Below, piece by piece: positions 23,674-32,778 of a stretch of DNA of 32,778 nucleotides. This stretch comes from a virus (taxonomy: Duplodnaviria > Caudoviricetes). The DNA lies in IMG/VR virus record IMGVR_UViG_3300031539_000172, positions 1 through 32,778 of that record; one strand, 5' to 3'. The notes beneath the pieces are model-generated. The model had not been told where the DNA came from and ran no database searches. It saw only the letters and a program-made list of their open reading frames with translations. Within the stretch, counting starts at the first letter, position 1. The number at the start of each line of letters is the position of its first letter. Both the position numbers and the translations under genes were made by a program.

Positions 23674-26600
23674 ATGGCCAACCCACGCATTACCGCGGAG
23701 CTCTATCTCCAGCTCCACCAGCAACAGGTCGTCACGGATCTGTCCGATGCTCTGTTGAGCGGCACTGATAAGGCCCTCAAGCAAGCGCAGAAGAAAATTA
23801 CGAGTGTCTGGGAGACTTCTGTCCAGCACGCCCTTACAGGCGGCAAGGTTGGGGAGGCGCAGAAAGCCCTTTTGCGTACGGGAGTCATCGAGGCCGCTGA
23901 AAAGTACAAGAGCATTTTGGAAAAGGCTTCCAACGAGCACGCGGCGGCTATGCGCGGGATCACCGACGACATGGACGAAGCGACCAAGAAACGGCTGAAA
24001 CGAGAGGCGGACGGTGCCCGGTCGCGCACGATGGCGGAGGCTGCTGACACCAAGAAGATATTGGACGAGAGGCTTTCGTCCTACGAGAAGGAACTCAAGC
24101 TCATGAAGGAGGCCGCCAAAGAGCAACGTGCGGCTGCGGGCAAGTGGGCTCAGGATGTTGAGAGGGGGGCTGGAGTTCTCAAGAGCATCATGTCGGGGCG
24201 CGGTCTTGGAGACATGGCCGTTGGTGGTCTCAAAGGGATGGCCCAGGACCGTCGAGGTAAGGGGGAGGACGCATTCAAGAAGTCGGAGCTCTTGGCCCAA
24301 GCGGGCAAGGGGGATGAGGCCAAGCAGATGGCCAGCATGGGTAAAGGGCTCGCCAAAATCGGAGCTTCTTTGGCGATGGTGGCTGCGGTCATCGGCGCCG
24401 TCGTGATGCTCGTCAAATTGTTCATGGATCTGGAAGCCAAGATCAAGGAGATGAACAAGGCACTCGTCCAGACCTCTAGTGTTGCGGACTTCGGTTTTTC
24501 TCATGCCGAAGTTGGCGCGAAAGCATTCGAGAAGGAGCTCAAGAAGATTCGCGATGAAACCACCGGGTTGAACAAGAACTACGACGATTTCGCAGCCAAG
24601 ACCAAAGAGCAACAGGATGTTTTGGCCGAGCTCAATCGCTCTGGATACGTCTGGTCGCAGATGCGCAAGGACATGAAGGGGACCAATGACCAAATGCGGA
24701 ACTATGGTGACGCGGCTGGATTGGTTCTCACTTACGCACGGTCCATCGGAGTTGAAAGTGGTGAGATGGCGAAGTCGATGGCTGACCTTCATCTCAAGAG
24801 TGGAATTACTTTTCCACAGATTGCTGAACAGTTCAGCATCATCACTCGTGAAGCTGACCGTGCTGGGTTCCAAACCAAGCGTTTCTACGCGGCGGTAGTC
24901 GAAGCTACCTCAGGGATGTCGTTCTACGGAGTTCGCATTGAGCAAACGGCGAAACTCCTTTCCACGATGGGCGCCCTCATTGGTCAGGTCTACGGTGAGG
25001 ACGTGATGAAGCAGATCACCGGTAAGTTCGGTGGTTCCTACCAGGACATGCTCAAGATGGTTTTGGTGAAGGGCACCGAAGCCACGACGGACGCCTACCG
25101 TGACGCGTTCAACCGCAAGGTCCAGATTATGACCCGAGATATGGGCATCAAGGATCTTAAGGGGATGATCACAGAGGCGGGCAGTATCGCCAAGTTCCAA
25201 GATCAAGTTCTCAGGATGAACCTCAGCGGCAAACAGGTCGGTGAGATGATGGACCTTTACGATGTTTACATGGCGTCGCAGGGCAACATGGCGGCTCAGG
25301 CGTCCTCGGGCAAAAAGGCCGGCCCAGGGTTCATGGCCACCATGGCACTCACCTCTTCGTTGCCGCTCAAGGAGTTCGGGGACAACGTCGCTGATGCGTT
25401 CGACAAGGCGCTTGAGACCGACAACCCAGCCCTCATCGCGGCGCTCGAGCAGCTCGAGAGTGTTTCGGATATGAGTCGGGACGAGCTCATTCGGCTTGGA
25501 CGCATGACCGGTAAGGGAACTCCCGCGCTTCTCAAAATGGCGAAAGAAGGGGGAGAGATCCCGCAGTGGGCCAAAGATCTTGGTGTGACGTTTGAGAACG
25601 CTGGCACGGAACAAGCCAAAGTCATGAAGGACGGCATCGTCATCGATAAGTGGCAAGACCTGTTCCAAGCCACGGTCGAGACCCGATTGCAGCAGAAAGC
25701 CGCGATGCTCACGGAGCGGGAACTCGCAGCGAAACTCTACGAAGAGGTCAAGACCCTCAACGACACCGTGGATCAGGCGATTCTTGGAGTTCTCAACGAC
25801 ATCTATGCGGTTACGAGGACGATGCTTAGTCTCTGGCCCGGCGGCAAAAGTGAGCACGAGAAGGAGGCGCTTCGCAAGAAGCATTCAGGTGAGGCATTTG
25901 AGACCTCGGCAAACCGAAAAAAGAAAGCAGCAGCGGATCGAAAAAAAGAGGCAGATGCTGCCGCGGCAGATGCTGCGAGCGAAACAGATCCTGTCAAAAA
26001 GCGGCAGAAAGAAGCGGGAGAAAAGTACGCTCGACATCAGGAGAAGAAAGCCGCCCTTGAGAGTAAGGAAGCAGATCTCCGCGTAGCAGCAAGAAAAAAA
26101 CTCAAAGACACAGGAGCCGAGGACCTTGGCTGGATGGAGGCCGGCCAACAGGGTCGAGGAACAGACCGGATGGATGCGGGAACCATCGATGCTTGGACGG
26201 ATTGGACGGGCGGAAAGACCGACGATGACAAGGGTCTCACCATCAGGCATGGCAAATCCCAAGGCATGTTCGGCATGTACAATCCTGCTGGAAAGGGGGA
26301 CAAGGCGGCTCAAGCTCGAGACCAGTATGAAGAATACTTGGAATCTACTGGTGCCAAAGACCGCATGATGGAGGTGCTGGGGGGCCAGGCAGAGTGGGAC
26401 GCTCACTTGGATGCGGCCGAAGAATCCGCTCGTGAGGCGGGTGCTTGGACTTTCCGCCAAGTGCGTAAGGATGTCATGAAAGGCTTCCAAGCGGACGTGG
26501 GTGTCAGTGCCGGTAAACAAAAAGGAGTCACTCCTGAACTTAGTGGCGACGAGTACTTCACGGGTGCGGCCTCGTCGGCGGCTAGCTCCAGCAATCCCCT

Positions 26601-26967
26601 TTACCGTGTCGTTGGAGAGACGGGTCTCCAAACCATTGAAGCGTTGCGCAAGCTCGATGAGGAGATGACCAAGAATCGAGAAGCCAATCAGAAGACAGCT
26701 CAAGGGGTGCAGGATGGTGTGGCGATCGACGCCACAAAAGTGAATGACCTCATTATCCCTGCGGGAGGCGGCACACCTTTCATCACCGATCCGGCAGACA
26801 CACTCCTGGCGTTCAAGCCGGGGGGTCCTATTTCACAAGCATTGAGTGGCGGAGGGGGCGGCGGCGGCGGTCGAGGCGGCAACGTCCAGATCAATGTTCA
26901 CGGCGGAGACACGAAGAAGGTGTACGACACCATCATGCGTGTTTTGAAGGCGACGGGAAATGCCTGA
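23674..26967 (+). CDS. Tape measure protein (1097 aa)
   Basis: Long Ala/Lys/Met-rich helical protein with a hydrophobic segment (IGASLAMVAAVIGAVVMLVKLF) and a C-terminal NVQINVHGG; canonical position. Confidence 0.85.
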   Translation: MANPRITAELYLQLHQQQVVTDLSDALLSGTDKALKQAQKKITSVWETSVQHALTGGKVGEAQKALLRTGVIEAAEKYKSILEKASNEHAAAMRGITDDMDEATKKRLKREADGARSRTMAEAADTKKILDERLSSYEKELKLMKEAAKEQRAAAGKWAQDVERGAGVLKSIMSGRGLGDMAVGGLKGMAQDRRGKGEDAFKKSELLAQAGKGDEAKQMASMGKGLAKIGASLAMVAAVIGAVVMLVKLFMDLEAKIKEMNKALVQTSSVADFGFSHAEVGAKAFEKELKKIRDETTGLNKNYDDFAAKTKEQQDVLAELNRSGYVWSQMRKDMKGTNDQMRNYGDAAGLVLTYARSIGVESGEMAKSMADLHLKSGITFPQIAEQFSIITREADRAGFQTKRFYAAVVEATSGMSFYGVRIEQTAKLLSTMGALIGQVYGEDVMKQITGKFGGSYQDMLKMVLVKGTEATTDAYRDAFNRKVQIMTRDMGIKDLKGMITEAGSIAKFQDQVLRMNLSGKQVGEMMDLYDVYMASQGNMAAQASSGKKAGPGFMATMALTSSLPLKEFGDNVADAFDKALETDNPALIAALEQLESVSDMSRDELIRLGRMTGKGTPALLKMAKEGGEIPQWAKDLGVTFENAGTEQAKVMKDGIVIDKWQDLFQATVETRLQQKAAMLTERELAAKLYEEVKTLNDTVDQAILGVLNDIYAVTRTMLSLWPGGKSEHEKEALRKKHSGEAFETSANRKKKAAADRKKEADAAAADAASETDPVKKRQKEAGEKYARHQEKKAALESKEADLRVAARKKLKDTGAEDLGWMEAGQQGRGTDRMDAGTIDAWTDWTGGKTDDDKGLTIRHGKSQGMFGMYNPAGKGDKAAQARDQYEEYLESTGAKDRMMEVLGGQAEWDAHLDAAEESAREAGAWTFRQVRKDVMKGFQADVGVSAGKQKGVTPELSGDEYFTGAASSAASSSNPLYRVVGETGLQTIEALRKLDEEMTKNREANQKTAQGVQDGVAIDATKVNDLIIPAGGGTPFITDPADTLLAFKPGGPISQALSGGGGGGGGRGGNVQINVHGGDTKKVYDTIMRVLKATGNA

Positions 26968-27769
26968 TCTGTCTACGCCTGTCTTCCAAGGTGCCTTCCC
27001 TAAGGGCCCTAACCAGGAATTCTCCGATGATGTGCGAGAGGGCCCGCAAGGCCGTCGTCCTGTCATTTTCGATATCCTTGCGCCGAACCAAGAGACGAGC
27101 CTCCTACCGGGCAATCTCAAACTCGTGTTGCACGTCAACCCGCGCAGCATGCAGCTCAGCTACACAAAACAGATCACGCGCACACAAACTCGAGGCGGCT
27201 TTGTGGAGTTCCATTGGGGGGATGCCGCAGAAGAGATTTCGTTCGATGCTGCGACGGGCGGCTTCATGCGCATGTACACAGGGCTCTCCAATGTCACAGG
27301 GGGCCGCGGGGCTGTGCAAGGGCGCCGTCAGACGTTGGCGTATGACCGATATCTCGACCTTCTTGCGTTGTTCCACAACAACGGTGCGGTGTTCGACCTT
27401 TCGGGAAACATCGTCATCCAGGGCTACATCAAAATCACTTTCGATGGTGGGGTCCATATCGGTTGGTTTGATGGGGATTTTGCTGTGGTCGAGGACGCAA
27501 GTACTCCGTACATGTTCAACATGACTTCACGGTTCATCATTGATCGTGAGATCATGCAGTTTCGCAGTCCTCCGTTGTGGGATTTCAATCGCTCTGAACT
27601 CGCTATCACGGACCGGGATCGGGAGACGTTCAGTCAAGGCTCGACGGCGGTACTCGATCCACTCGCCAACGATCTCAAGGACCCTTTCGCAGCACGTCCC
27701 GGACTCATTCCGCAAGGAACGGGAAGCACATCTGGCCTCATAGACCCCTTTGAATCGGAGGAGTTTTAG
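26960..27769 (+). CDS. Baseplate tube-initiator (tube-fold) protein 1
   Basis: LHVNPRSMQLSYTK...TRGGFVEFHWG...ISF pattern; directly after the tape measure. Confidence 0.7.
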   Translation: MPDLSTPVFQGAFPKGPNQEFSDDVREGPQGRRPVIFDILAPNQETSLLPGNLKLVLHVNPRSMQLSYTKQITRTQTRGGFVEFHWGDAAEEISFDAATGGFMRMYTGLSNVTGGRGAVQGRRQTLAYDRYLDLLALFHNNGAVFDLSGNIVIQGYIKITFDGGVHIGWFDGDFAVVEDASTPYMFNMTSRFIIDREIMQFRSPPLWDFNRSELAITDRDRETFSQGSTAVLDPLANDLKDPFAARPGLIPQGTGSTSGLIDPFESEEF

Positions 27770-29161
27770 GTGGCCGAACGTAGCAACAGGAAAGGGCCCT
27801 CACGGTTCCGTCCCGCCGGAGCTTACGGCGGTCTTGTGGCAGGCCCCAACTGGGTTAGGCACGGTGTCGGGTCGAAGTCTTCTGCTATTGATGGGACGAA
27901 ACAGCGTCTTCGCGACCCTTCTCTCGGCTCTCCTTTCACTTTCCGTGTAGCGCCCCCAGACACGTTACTCGATGCGTTGCTTGGACGTGGTCAGGCCGAT
28001 ACGACGGGGATCTACGACCCTATTCTGCGAGAGCAGTTTTTGGCTGCGGAGCGCCAGTTTGAGTTTGTCCGTAACGACCCCACTTCGACTCAGGAGCAGA
28101 TTTCTGATGCGGCGCAAGGGCTTCTTGGCGGTCGAGCTCCGGCTCCGGGTCAGAACATCGGTATCATCGATGCAGCCATTCAGTCCACGAACAACTACGG
28201 GGCACAGGTTCGTCGGCGTCAAGAATTTCGTCAGTCGAACTTCTTCGCTACGGGCCCCGAGCGTGGAACCACTTTGCGTACGCTTGAGAAGTACGTGGCA
28301 GCGAATGGCATCCAGTTCGACCCGGCCAAAGCCCCGCAGACGGAGGCCAATCAAGCGGCTATTTCGGACCTCTCACAGGCGCTTGATGTCATCGTTCAAC
28401 TCAACCGCATGGCGGTTACCCCTCCGCTCACGTTGCTTGTGAATCCTGAGCAGCTCCAGATCACATACAGCAAGAAGCAGACCTACCAAGACCGGAGTCG
28501 GTTCAACTACATCTTCCAGAGCTGGGGGGAAGAGCAAGTGCGACTCTCGGTCAAAGGAAAATCTGCTGGATTCGTCGTCGGCAACCAAGGGCCCGCGATT
28601 CCAGGTCAGATTATTGGGGACCCCGAATTATTCGACATCGATCCGAAGTTCTCAAGTTCGACTTCGGGCTACCAGTACGCATCGAAAATGGATTCGGCAG
28701 CGTGGCAAAACTTGATGTCGTTGTTCGCCCTTTACCGGAACAACGGATACATCTACGACAACTCGCAGACTCCGCGCTCCGAAGCACATCTCTTCATCGG
28801 GCACATCGAGATCAGTTACGACCAGTTCGTGTATCTGGGTCAGTTCGAGAACTTCAACTACTCGTACAGTGAAATGAAACAGCAGGGAGCCATCGAGTTC
28901 AGTTTCGATTTCGTTGCTTCCTTTGTGTTCGACAACGCACAAGGGGGCCCCGTGGAGCCCGTTTCGGGGCCGACCCCAAGCCCGTCTGCTGCCACCCGTC
29001 GAGGCACTCCGTTCATGCCTCCGCCGGAATCAAGGACCGACCGAGGGGCTGACAGACCGGTCCCTCCTCAGCCAGCTTTGGACCCGCTTGTGGACCGTTT
29101 GAACTCCCCCATTGGGTTGCTTGGACGCAGCAACGCGACGGCGTTCGGGGAGGAGTTCTGA
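27770..29161 (+). CDS. Baseplate tube-initiator (tube-fold) protein 2
   Basis: LLVNPEQLQITYSK...FQSWGEE...GQFENFNYS...IEFSFDF; paralogous to the previous gene. Confidence 0.7.
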   Translation: MAERSNRKGPSRFRPAGAYGGLVAGPNWVRHGVGSKSSAIDGTKQRLRDPSLGSPFTFRVAPPDTLLDALLGRGQADTTGIYDPILREQFLAAERQFEFVRNDPTSTQEQISDAAQGLLGGRAPAPGQNIGIIDAAIQSTNNYGAQVRRRQEFRQSNFFATGPERGTTLRTLEKYVAANGIQFDPAKAPQTEANQAAISDLSQALDVIVQLNRMAVTPPLTLLVNPEQLQITYSKKQTYQDRSRFNYIFQSWGEEQVRLSVKGKSAGFVVGNQGPAIPGQIIGDPELFDIDPKFSSSTSGYQYASKMDSAAWQNLMSLFALYRNNGYIYDNSQTPRSEAHLFIGHIEISYDQFVYLGQFENFNYSYSEMKQQGAIEFSFDFVASFVFDNAQGGPVEPVSGPTPSPSAATRRGTPFMPPPESRTDRGADRPVPPQPALDPLVDRLNSPIGLLGRSNATAFGEEF

Positions 29162-29162
29162 T

Positions 29163-32100
29163 ATGGGCTCGGTTGGAAACCGTCCTCTAGCAGGGACTTG
29201 GAAGCTCAACAACCGCCAGGTCGTCAAGTACACGCCTGACGCTCTTGTGTTTCTCAATGGGGATACTTCCCTCCCGGGCTGCCCTCGATGCCGCGGCCGC
29301 ATCCGCATTCAAGATTACGTCACGTCCTTGTCGGTGGAAGCGGGCACTGGTCCGACGAGTCACTCCGCGAGCATCAATCTCACGCTGCCTCGAGTTCAAG
29401 GGCAACAGCTTTTCATTGACGGATACAACGTCTTGCGGGTTGGTCTCGAGGTGAACATTTTCATGCGCGGGTACTTCCAAGTGCGTGGCATGTTCCGCCA
29501 TCTCAAGGACCCACAGAACCTCGATAGCGAGGGGACCCCTGGACAGCTCGGTAGTGACTTTTCGTTTCAGAATCCGACTGACAACGACAAGCTCGACTTG
29601 AGCAAGTACGCGACCTACCCGTACTACCCTGTTTTCCATGGGGTGGTGACGCAGGTGTCCTACGATTACGCGGACGGGTTCTACACGGGGACTCTCCAGT
29701 GCGCTTCTCTCTTACATTTTTGGCAATTCCAGAACATCGCAACGGCCTCGGCGTGGATGGCTCAGGACAAGAAGCCGAACAATGACCCGGCACGTCCCAC
29801 GCTCCAAGGGCACAACTTCAACAACATGCACCCGTTCGGGATCATCTACACGTTGTATCGAGACGTGGCGGGTGCTGCCTCAGGGGTGGAGTATGCCCTC
29901 TCGGAGGAATCCAATATGGATCCTGCCAATCAGAGTGGGTCCGCGCAGATTTACGACCAGATGACCCTGTATTGGACGCAGCGATTTAAGACGCGCATCC
30001 AAAATCTCCGCATGTACGGGGTAAACGGTCAGCTTTTCAACTCCGCACAGCAGGCGTGGCTCGGTACCGCGTCCAACCGCGACGTAGACGGACTTCTTCC
30101 GAGTCCCACTTACAATGACCCGAGCACGACTCGGACTGAGAAGGACCCCACCTCTGCTCGGTGGTCCGCAGCCAAGGCCCTCGGCCTCGCAAGCGCGGGC
30201 TCGGATTTCGTCTACTCACCTCTCATCAACTCCGAAGGCGAAACTCTGAGCCTCAGCGTGCTCGACATGTTCGCGTTCAGCCAGTCCATGGCTGAGTTTG
30301 GCCCCGGGAATGTCTGGCAGTCCACTTACCAGACCAAGCTAGACATGGCGCAGAACGTCATGGAGGTCACGGGCTACGAGTTCTACCAGGATGTCGATGG
30401 TGACATCGTTTTCAAACCTCCGTTCTACAACCTCGATACTGCCACAAGTCGCTACTACCGCCTCGAGGACCAAGACATCATCAACATCTCCTTCACGGAG
30501 AAAGAGCCCACGGCGACTTTCATCATCGTGCGTGGGTCGTGGTTCCAAGGGTTCACTGACCTCGTGCCGAACGCCAACGGCCCGACGACGAACCGGGGGC
30601 TGTATATCGACTACAAACTCGTGGCGCAATTCGGGTGGCGTCCTGCTGCGACGCTCGACATCACCTACGCGACCGATCCAAAGATTCTGTTCTGGATCGG
30701 GGTGGCACGTCTCGACATGCTCAACGTCGACACGTTCAGTGCTTCTTGTACCATTCCGATCCGACCTGAGATGAGGCCCGGCTACCCGGTCTTCATCCCT
30801 TTCGTGGACTGCTACTACTACATTTCGCAGCTCAGCCACTCTTTTGCGTTCGCGGGTACTTGTACGACAAGTTTGGTGCTCACCTGCCGTCGAGCCAAGT
30901 TCCACGCGCCCGGGGAACTCAAAGCGATGGCTGGAATCACAGGCGTGGGGCCTGGGACGCCGATCGAGAGTGCGGTCAAGCTCATCAAGCTCGACCGTCC
31001 CGATCTGCCTCCGCGTCCGCTTCAAGCCTACGACCAGTCCTTCACCACAGGACAGGGGGTGGTAGAGGGAGTCCCTCGCATCATCGGGTTCCCGAACGTG
31101 GTGCTCGCCCTCGACCCTGAGAAGATCAACCCGAATTTCACGGTCATTGGGCTTGGGGTGGAGTTTTTTGATCAAACTAAAGGCGACGCCAACATACTGT
31201 TCAGCATGCTCCAGCGCGACGTGGACCTGTCGGACGCGTTTGAGGCCGTGGGGTTTTCAGTGGGGCCTGACGGTAAGCAAAGTATCGCCGACCCCAAGAA
31301 GATTACTCGATTCAAACTCCGGTACAGCTCCAACCCTGACCAGTTTGCTGAGTTCGACCTGTTGAAACTTCAAGGGGCTTACAACGATTTTCAAAACTAT
31401 CGCAGTCAGATTCTCAGTCTTGAGAGCCAGATCACGGAACAGCAGAAAGCGGTGGAGCAGGCCCTTGGTTTTGAGAATGCCTACAGCTCTTTGGACAAAC
31501 AGGGCACCCGAGGTCTCCAGCGGAGTCAAGAATTGAGTTCCGAGCGCGCGAAGCTCGACACGCTGCGTGGACAGCTTCGTAGCGAACAGGCTCAGCTTGA
31601 GCGTGCGCGAAGCGGCTCCGGGGCTCCTGAGGGGGTCAACCTTGTGGCCATGGTCTTTGAGGCGCTTCAGCCCACTCAGAACAAACCCATCAGGCGTCGG
31701 GTGGATGGCATTGCTGGATCTGACGTGACGATGTCGTATTTCGAGACCTTGAGTCATCTCAAGACTCAGTACGTGGCCAACACCATCCCCGGTTCTTACC
31801 GCTACTACTCCTCCGCGCACCCTGAGGAAAAGATGCAGGGCCAACCCATCGTGATTTTCAACGATGGAGAACTCCCCCCTTCGGGAGGTCGTATCCCGCG
31901 TTCCCGTCGTCGATCGGATGGTCGTATTGAACGAGAGTCCAGCACTCGTCAGAATTTCGTGCCGCAAACTCGAGCCGAAGTGCGGGCGTTGACTCAACGA
32001 ATGCAAGATGCGCTCGACCGCAACGGCGTCACTACCATGCAGGCCGTCGAGCCCACCCCGGTTCCCTCACAGTTTGTTCAGAATCGCAAAAACAGTAACG

Positions 32101-32778
32101 CGTTACTCGGTGCGGGGCTTGGGGGCAACAACCGTCGGGCCGATGAAAACCTCGACTCAATTTCGGCGCAAAGACTTGTGGACATCGCCGTTGTTGTCGA
32201 TGGTGTCATCAAGGCGTGCCTTGGTCGGGCGGATTGGCCCTCTACGCGTACACTCATCGTCATTTCTACTTGGCGTCCTGATGAAGGGCCAGAAACCGAA
32301 GCCATCCACGGTGAGGGGCAGGCCATGGATATCCAAGTTTCGGGCTCACAGGGAGGTGCCAACAAAAAAACCAACGCACCTGATGATGTGCGGAAAGCGT
32401 TTGAGGTCCTCCAAGAGGAGTCGGTTCGTGTGATGTCGGACGGACTTATTACGGGTCTGGGCACTTACATTGGCCGTCCTTCTGGATGGTTCGTTCACCT
32501 TGATCGGCGAGATGTCGAATCGCTCCAGAACACCCGCCAGCGTAAAGCCGATGCCGCAGGGGTTCCTGTCGAGTGTTACCCCCCAGAAGTGCCCCCTACC
32601 AAAGAGAAGCCCAAGGGAAAAAAGAAGGGGGCTTGGAGTCACTATCCCGGCAAGGACAGATGGCAGCAAGGACGAACGGATAAAGAAGCTGAGGCGTCCC
32701 TGAAAGAGTCTGCGGCTGCCCTTGGTGTTTCGTGGCCCCCTAAAGGGACGCGATTCCCCGAGCCTGTTCCAGGGAACA
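29163..32778 (+). CDS. Baseplate hub (gp27/VgrG-like) fused to a coiled coil and an M15-type peptidase; partial, >1200 aa
   Basis: GGAGGAG RBS, ATG 29163, frame open to the window end (hence absent from the ORF track). Hub motifs YPVFHGVVTQV, YEFYQDVDGDIVFKPPFYN, IRPEMRPGYPV...YYISQLSHSF. Peptidase motifs STWRP, HGEGQAMD, GLGTY, FVHLDRR. Confidence 0.8.
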   Translation, partial: MGSVGNRPLAGTWKLNNRQVVKYTPDALVFLNGDTSLPGCPRCRGRIRIQDYVTSLSVEAGTGPTSHSASINLTLPRVQGQQLFIDGYNVLRVGLEVNIFMRGYFQVRGMFRHLKDPQNLDSEGTPGQLGSDFSFQNPTDNDKLDLSKYATYPYYPVFHGVVTQVSYDYADGFYTGTLQCASLLHFWQFQNIATASAWMAQDKKPNNDPARPTLQGHNFNNMHPFGIIYTLYRDVAGAASGVEYALSEESNMDPANQSGSAQIYDQMTLYWTQRFKTRIQNLRMYGVNGQLFNSAQQAWLGTASNRDVDGLLPSPTYNDPSTTRTEKDPTSARWSAAKALGLASAGSDFVYSPLINSEGETLSLSVLDMFAFSQSMAEFGPGNVWQSTYQTKLDMAQNVMEVTGYEFYQDVDGDIVFKPPFYNLDTATSRYYRLEDQDIINISFTEKEPTATFIIVRGSWFQGFTDLVPNANGPTTNRGLYIDYKLVAQFGWRPAATLDITYATDPKILFWIGVARLDMLNVDTFSASCTIPIRPEMRPGYPVFIPFVDCYYYISQLSHSFAFAGTCTTSLVLTCRRAKFHAPGELKAMAGITGVGPGTPIESAVKLIKLDRPDLPPRPLQAYDQSFTTGQGVVEGVPRIIGFPNVVLALDPEKINPNFTVIGLGVEFFDQTKGDANILFSMLQRDVDLSDAFEAVGFSVGPDGKQSIADPKKITRFKLRYSSNPDQFAEFDLLKLQGAYNDFQNYRSQILSLESQITEQQKAVEQALGFENAYSSLDKQGTRGLQRSQELSSERAKLDTLRGQLRSEQAQLERARSGSGAPEGVNLVAMVFEALQPTQNKPIRRRVDGIAGSDVTMSYFETLSHLKTQYVANTIPGSYRYYSSAHPEEKMQGQPIVIFNDGELPPSGGRIPRSRRRSDGRIERESSTRQNFVPQTRAEVRALTQRMQDALDRNGVTTMQAVEPTPVPSQFVQNRKNSNALLGAGLGGNNRRADENLDSISAQRLVDIAVVVDGVIKACLGRADWPSTRTLIVISTWRPDEGPETEAIHGEGQAMDIQVSGSQGGANKKTNAPDDVRKAFEVLQEESVRVMSDGLITGLGTYIGRPSGWFVHLDRRDVESLQNTRQRKADAAGVPVECYPPEVPPTKEKPKGKKKGAWSHYPGKDRWQQGRTDKEAEASLKESAAALGVSWPPKGTRFPEPVPGN

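Noticed and set aside
5210-25884. Many long minus-strand ORFs (e.g. 11406-13049, 13068-14585, 16980-18731, 9585-10979)
   Set aside because: They are antisense shadows of well-supported + strand genes in GC-rich DNA with biased codon use, and have no recognisable motifs.
25900-26110. A-rich stretch in the tape measure gene as foreign DNA
   Set aside because: It is explained by an in-frame Lys/Glu/Ala-rich helical segment.
11664-32778. Interpretation as a bacterial extracellular contractile injection system or tailocin
   Set aside because: Head-closure and HK97 gp10-like neck genes plus phage-type accessory genes argue for a phage, and no eCIS AAA+ ATPase is seen. It cannot be fully excluded because no capsid gene is in the window.
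1-32778. Alternative genetic code (stop-codon reassignment)
   Set aside because: Standard-code ORFs tile the window densely, and TAA, TAG and TGA all end genes at sensible boundaries.

Overview
This GC-rich window is almost entirely coding on the + strand and looks like the neck/tail morphogenesis region of a large (probably jumbo) contractile-tailed phage. No capsid, terminase or portal gene is in the window. Gene order: paralogous virion-like beta proteins; a degenerate DEDDh exonuclease; a membrane-anchored phospholipase A2-like gene; a winged-helix protein; a TM/coiled-coil plus lipoprotein pair; head-closure and neck genes; an actin-like ATPase; a PAPS-reductase-family gene; tail completion; an FmdB-type Zn ribbon; a giant 2484-aa tail sheath; AdoMetDC/SpeD; tail tube; two chaperone-like genes; tape measure; two tube-initiator paralogs; and a >1200-aa baseplate hub that runs off the window and is absent from the ORF track. 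Highlights: (1) the sheath carries seven domain N-halves in tandem followed by seven C-halves, implying a nested 'Russian-doll' domain stack; (2) a structured non-coding element is shared upstream of the sheath and the chaperone-like gene; (3) a volactin-like actin sits inside the neck operon; (4) the hub is fused to an M15-type Zn peptidase; (5) a perfect 14-bp hairpin sequesters an RBS next to a candidate late-promoter motif. All family calls come from motif recognition by eye; no searches were run.
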